A program made the position numbers and the translations under genes. The notes below the pieces were generated by a model. It was not told the origin of the DNA and searched no databases. It saw only the letters and a program-made list of their open reading frames with translations. A DNA stretch of 64,000 bases from Leidyana gryllorum EB-2025a (taxonomy: Eukaryota > Protista > Apicomplexa), in assembly GCA_048772705.1 (NCBI GenBank), contig JBLWGC010000104.1:806001-870000 (forward strand). The letters are read 5' to 3'. Numbering within the stretch: the first letter of the stretch is position 1; every line of letters starts with the position of its first letter. Positions 57,733 to 64,000 of this stretch are shown piece after piece.

Positions 57733-59506
57733 TCACTCCTCCCCTTCAGCAGGAGTAGTATTGTCAGGTTCCAAAGGAGTGTAATGTATCTTAAGCTGGG
57801 GCTGCAGAGCATCTCGGGTGATAATGTACTGTCCGTCCTCATTGTTGTCCGACAACACTATATCCAACACTTCTCGGACAATACCCCAGGCGTTGCCAGG
57901 CTTCAGACCCATCTGGGCGGCCAAATCGCCCACCCGATGAGACTGAACCATCAACAATGAAAACTTCTCGTTACGCTTCGTAATCCAACCCAGTTTCAGC
58001 TGAGTGCATCCAGCCATCATGGCAGAGTAAATCCATCGGGTCATCTTGCAGGCGTTGTTTCGCAACTCAGTCGCCAGCAATGCTCCCTGCAGTCATAGTC
58101 AAATCTAAATCAACCGCCCACCCACTCGAACCACTCACCTTTGCAGTTGTCAAAGCACTCGACCAACTCAGGGTACCCGGACGGGTGCTCGGGCCCTCGT
58201 TCAGGGCGTGCACCGCAACGTATGCTTCCACATCTCCGTCACTGTCCACAATCACACCGTCCACTTCAGCTCGCACAGCCAACGTGATTGGTTTACCACG
58301 ACGACTGTTGGCGCCAGCGACGCCAGCGGCCTTGCCAGGGGGCAGCTTCACAGTCCTGTATCTGTAAGCCTTTCCTGGCGGAGTCTCGGAGTTCTCAACG
58401 AAAGGTAAAGGTCCGTGCTCTTCGAAGGACTTGTCAGTCTCAACAACCATTTGATGGAAGGCGAGGTTTGTCTTGGCAGCCTCAACACCAACTTCGTACA
58501 CACTCCGGACCTTTGTTCCCATCTCCATCGGAGGAGGGTCTGGCGAAGTCTCATTTACGGACAGCAGGTCCAGAGTGGACCCTTCGGTCTTATCAATGAT
58601 CACGCGGCCCTCAATACGCCAGCATCGCACCTGCCAAGCATACCGAGATTGAGGAGCAGCAAGCAAGGCGGACAAAGCTTGGTCAGTGACAATGACGTCA
58701 ATATCTTCATTCTCCTCCAGTAAGGTGGTAAGCACGATATCTGTCTGTGCTTGGGGTACGGTGGTGCTGTATTTCGTCGCAACCTCCAATCCCAATTCTT
58801 TCGGAGTCTTGGGGTTCACACGGTCATATGTCTGGTTGTACACTGCGCTCTTGCCTCTCCACTGTTGATCACTGATCTCGATGTCCTTCGGGACAACAGT
58901 ATATGGCGATAAGTTAGCCAAAGGCAGGTCCGTGACAATCTTCCACTCTGGATTGATCTCAACAGCACACTCAGCAGCCACAGCGCGAGCCCGAATGCTG
59001 CTCCAGCGATTGTTTTGTTGTTGATTCCTGTTTTGCTGATAGGCAGCACCAAGCTTGTCCTTCTTGCCACCACGAGCAAAGTTCTGTCTCTGTTGGAACC
59101 GTTGCTGCTGTTGTCGCTGTTGCTGCAACTGGCGTTGTTGCTGTTGTTGGGCTTGACGTTGAGCTTGTTGTTGTGCGGCCGTTTGACGAGCGCGTCCTTT
59201 CTGGAAGCGACTCTTCGCCTTGACGATACGGCTGGAATCAACCAGTGTGAAGTCCGTCGGCTCGCCTTGTGTGGGTGCCACTGGAGCGACGCGGCCCTCT
59301 CTTTGAGCGTTTAGGTGTTTCTGTGCGGTCCAGAATGTGAAATCGCAAGCACGTGCAGTCTTGTCCACACGCATCGAAGGGGCGAACGGAACCTGAAGGA
59401 CTTGTGACAAGCAGGCCTCCACCGCCTCATCGGGTAACTCCGTGGGTCTCCACCATACACGCTCTTTGAACAAAGAGGGTGGTACCACAAGACCTGGACC
59501 TGCCAT
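57733..59506 (-). CDS. eIF3d: Eukaryotic translation initiation factor 3 subunit D
   Basis: VPFAP..DK..DFT, FTLVD, LDLLSVNETS, AYRYR, ALNE, LATELRNNACKMTRW..AG..LKLGW; one intron near 58090-58138. Confidence 0.92.
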
Positions 59507-59853
59507 CCTTGGTGCCAAAAAAAACAAATCCCCACAAAATCAGCTCAACATTGCACCCATGATGCTGAATGGAAAGCGAGTCCTCAAGGCAGTACAGTAG
59601 CTAGTCAGTCGTGATATGGTCAGCCAGAACCAAATCTCCAGTTTCCACACGTGTGTGCGACTTTTTGTTCGACTCCTTCGTATCACTAGATGAAGTTTGA
59701 GGGTAACACCACTTTATAACTCTTTGTGTGCCATGGCAGTAGACGAGTATCATAATTCGAGTAGTGCCGAGTGCTCCCACAGCTCCACGACGGCGAATCG
59801 CTCTCTGTAGTAGTATTAAGCAGGCACAGTGGGTGTGACAAAAAAAGGCCAGA

Positions 59854-62800
59854 ATGCTTGGGGCGTCAGACACTTTCCAGGTCTGTAGCCGACGGATAGC
59901 AGAATGGCAAGTTGCGCGGCACACAGATGCGGGAGTTCACGTGCTGGCCGATCCTCACTTGGAACCGACTGGCTTTGGAGCTTTATCACTCCGTGTTATA
60001 TCAGTTGCCCGAGCGGCACATGAGTGTTTGGCTTGGATTGGCACCCGTACTGTGGACAATCAGCAGCTGACACCCAACAGTGAAGAGCGAACTGAATGGC
60101 GAGGTTTATTCCTGAGCCTGGGCCGGATGGCTGTACCTTTGATGATTGAAGACTTCCAGACTGCGTCTCGTGTATTCGATGAACAACGGGCTGTGGGAGA
60201 GCCGGATCAGGCGATGAGCTCTGGCGCCTTAACAGTGATGACGTGGACGGCGGCTGCAGCCAGCTTGACGTTGGAGTTGGCGAAAACTCTGATGAAGATA
60301 TTGACTCCTGTGGCCGGAAATACCGCTTCTCCCAAGCCATTGGACTCTTCAGGGCTTCCAGAGTTGGGGTCAGTAGCTGCGGCTGCTCCAGACTCGTTGG
60401 AGTGCGAGTGGGAGCAGTTGATGGTGATACTGGCGTTGAAATACCAGGAAATGGCTGGATACCTGGATGCTGGCACCTTGCCGACGAACGTAGCCCAACA
60501 GGTCATTCTTCTTCTGGATTGTCTCACCAGTGCTGTAAAGGTTGACAAAGTGCGTCAGACCGCAATTGATGCCATTATGCGAGCGTACCTCAAGTCCATC
60601 GCCTCTTTGGTAGCTCAAGCTGTTGAGGCGTGTGTGGCTGTTAGACAGCCCAGCGGAACAGCGGATAACAGCTCGAGTGCACCCTTATTCTGGGGTTTAC
60701 ATCATCTATATGCGGAGAAATGGCAAGCGTTCCGAATGGCTATGAAGGTGGTGGGATCTTCTTATGACGAGTCGCAAGCAGACTATGCTCTTTTTGGTTC
60801 TGGTCCAACGTTATGGCGGAATCAGTTTGGGACCGAGATTAGTCCTGAGTTGCAAAGTGTGATATTGGCGCTGGAGAAGCTGGGAGTCATACACACAATG
60901 ACTGAAGCATTTCAGAGGGTGCTGCTGCGTATTGTGCACAGTGGGTCTGGAGAGAAGCAGATTGTTCACTACGAGGAGAAGGTGAGTAGGGGATGCCGGT
61001 GTGATTATTGACGTACCCGCCTTTGACACTGCAGCAAAAGTCCAGAACTATAAAGAAGACTCTCGAGACCATCAAGCAGTATGTTGATTACGCTGAGGGG
61101 GTGAAACCGACTTGGGTCACGGAGGTTGCCTTTGCTGTTTTGCACCGAGTAATCTATGCCCTAATCGCTGGCTACTACACCAGTCGCGAAGGAGAAGAGA
61201 TATCGGCGCTTGCCATAGCACCTCAGATGGCAATGCTGAGAATATGTCGCCACGCCCGACTGAGTGTCTCAGCTACGCTTCTGTCCACCACACCTCTGGT
61301 GGCCCTTTGTTACCATCGCAAGGCTCCTACCGGTATCAGCACCTTTGCTCTCGCCGATCTCGACAGACTCATAACACCCCCTGAGACACTTGAGACAAAT
61401 CATCGACAGTAAGTGTCTCGATTTTGATAAGGGTCTATGAGACTCTCCCCTCCTTCTCAGAGTTATCACGACGGTATTGTCGAGACGAGAGTTGATGCTC
61501 GCTGCCTCGGACCCGAGTGATGCGAAGGACGCTCCTCCCGAACAGGTCGTTGATACTCCGCTCCTTACTGTTTGTCAACACGAGGTCATCTTGACGTGGA
61601 TTGCTTTCGGTTGGGAGAGGAATACCAATTATGTTACGGCGAACCCCATGGATTTACGGTCGTCTGTGGATAAATTGCTCCCATCTTTCACCAGCCTCTG
61701 CCTTTTTGCAAGAGACTCTTCCGGATGGCTACACGCTCACAGTTCGGTCATTTTGCAGTGAGTGTGAGAATGTTTGAGTCGATCTCTCTTTCTTGTATAG
61801 CGCGCTATTGCACATGATAATGCAACGCATATTTGCAATGGCGATCAATTCGCCTCCACAAGTGTCCGATTGGGTTCAGAGTGCGGCAGCCACTGTCTTG
61901 GACCCGCTGTGTCAGTACGTCTGTTATCCGAGCACTCTGGCAGAAGCCACTCTCGCGGCTGGTGTCGCTGCAGAGACATTTGAACAATCTCTGGTGGGTG
62001 ACCTTCGTCTCCGTGACCGGTCGATCTATTATCCATTTGCTTCTTTTCCTGCAGCAACTTCTCTTCAAGATTGTAACTATTTCGACCTCGGCTAAGTTTC
62101 ATCAGATGACATTTCCCCTGATGACTTACTGTTTCGATTTCATGCGGAGAACCTTCGCATTGACATCGGAGATGCATCGCTTTGAAGCCCGAGAGACTCT
62201 GCACTCATCTACACTCCACCCGGTCCGAGTGCCTCCGACACACATCAAGAATTTGTTCCGAAATCTAGCTGTAAGAAATGCCTTAGCGGACAACTGGACT
62301 TATCTTGCCACCTCAGAGTTTGTCAAATTGCTGTGATATGTTCCAAGCAATACTCAAGAAGAAACAGAATTGTGATCTTCTGTGGTTCCCGGATCTGCCA
62401 CAATCAGCTATATCTCTCAAGTCATACATTAGATACGGCTCGACACATAATGTTGGCTGCGACGGTGTCGTATTCTGCCTGCAAAGGAGGGATCTGCAAG
62501 GGGTCTGGAGATTCTACAAAGCGTGGCTCAATTACGTTTACCACCGATGGAGTGACCTCATCCAGTCCAACTCAGCCACCTCTCTTCTCCACGAGCTGAA
62601 GAGTGTACTGGAGTGTGCCTCCACACTCAACCAATGGGACCGTATATACGTTTATAGACGTATACTAACCGAATGTATTGAGCGATTCCATCTGAAGCCG
62701 AGTTGTTATGCCGCAATCCTCGCGGTCGCAGCCGGCTGTGCAGACGATGTAAGTAGACGATGCTTCCCCCTCAGAGATTTCAACCCTATCTCTTTGATCA

Positions 62801-64000
62801 CAGATCTGCTTGAAAGGCTTCGCCTTAAGATGTGCATATGGTTTCCTCCATATCCCTCGACAAGACCGCGAAGAGCACAATTGGGTGTACCCATTTTCGG
62901 TTGAAGAAATACATTTTCTACAAACCCTCACCCTGAAGCGCAACGCTAACGGTTTCTGCAAGGAGCCTGCGAGTCCATGTGGCTGGTGAGCGTCTTTGCG
63001 GTCCGCCGTAGCCCTCCACTGTCATTCTTTATCTCTCTCTCTCCTTCAGGGGCGTCAATGCCATACTGCAGCACAGCTTCCCAAGTTTGTACCCAAATGC
63101 GCAGTGTCGCGGATGTGAGGTCCGAGCAGAGCACGGGAGTGCAATAGGTTTACAGGTCGTCTTGCTGCTCCACCACGACTGTCTCGCTCACTTTGGGAGT
63201 GTCAAGAAACACTGCGAGTTTCTCGAGGGAGTGCTCCCCGATTTGGACGACTTATTCCAGGACCCCATCTATCCCCTGTCTAATTACGTGCTCAAAACCA
63301 GCGAAGCTTACCGCATGAAAGAAACTATGCTCAAACACAGGGCCCAGAAGTGGGCACGTGAACGGGCAGTGGCCGCAGCCGCAGAGGCGGGAGACGATGA
63401 GAAGGCAGTGGATTATGAAGAAGAGTGTGACTTTTACTACAGTGATGACGAGGAAGGGGAGGCACCCCGTAAGGCAGATGGCACCGTTAGGATGGGCGAG
63501 TGGGAGAACAACTGGTATGATGACAGCTATCCTCCAATCAGAACCTGGGAAGCCAAGCCAGCCACTCAACAATGGAAGGGAGTGTTTGGCACCGGTCAAA
63601 GGAGAGCTCTTCGTGAGGCGCGAGGAGAAGATAAGCTCCTCGCCAAAGCGATACCAGACAAACTGGTCAAGTCAAGTCCAATATTCCATCTGGAAGGACT
63701 CCTATTTCTGCAGTCCCTTGCCTGGGCAACCGTCATTCGGTGTCACGACCACGTGCCCCAACTCCCCTTCATATGGACGCTCTGGGTTCTCGTCGCGTAA
63801 GTTGAAATTGTACCACTCTCATCATCGCGAATCTTCCTGTACAGTGGGCTGTATCCAAAAGAACAAGAGGATCCGGCGGCGGTATTGGATCCTTTGAGTG
63901 CAGAGGAGATGCGAGATGCTCCTGTCAAGGAGCCGACTACCAAACGTCTCGAGCTGTCCCGCGCTGGTCTCAGTAGGCTGGAAGGGATGGTGAATGACGG
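59854..64000 (+). CDS. Large multi-exon helical hypothetical protein, runs off the window end
   Basis: Consecutive plus-strand ORFs separated by 40-55 nt GT-AG introns; no recognised domain. Confidence 0.65.

Overview
Very gene-dense eukaryotic DNA with many short (about 35-55 nt) GT-AG spliceosomal introns, so the ORF track shows exon fragments and most genes had to be spliced by eye. A near-canonical MORN1 indicates an alveolate, most likely an apicomplexan. The compactness and the integrin-beta-like vWA family suggest a gregarine-like lineage (inference). The window holds about 35 protein genes and one tRNA-Cys(GCA). Housekeeping genes: METTL13/EEF1AKMT4-like methyltransferase, ferlin, RFC2, WDR82-like, TRMO, Fcf2, CstF77-like, PDI, PUS1, Erv1, VSR-like, DIM1, TOG/CLASP, SMYD-like SET, MORN1 and eIF3d. 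Most notable: (i) a 4 x 1437-bp tandem array of secreted, unanchored integrin-beta-I-like vWA/mucin proteins with a CPPC-rich tail, flanked by a GT47 glycosyltransferase and a cadherin-like/multi-TM receptor; (ii) three head-to-head gene pairs whose start codons are exactly 18 bp apart, each spacer containing a YCAAAAA tract that recurs just upstream of many other ATGs, a candidate minimal bidirectional promoter; (iii) a pair of secreted mucins sharing an unrecognised 8-Cys domain. Family assignments come from recalled motifs, not database searches, and exon boundaries are manual.
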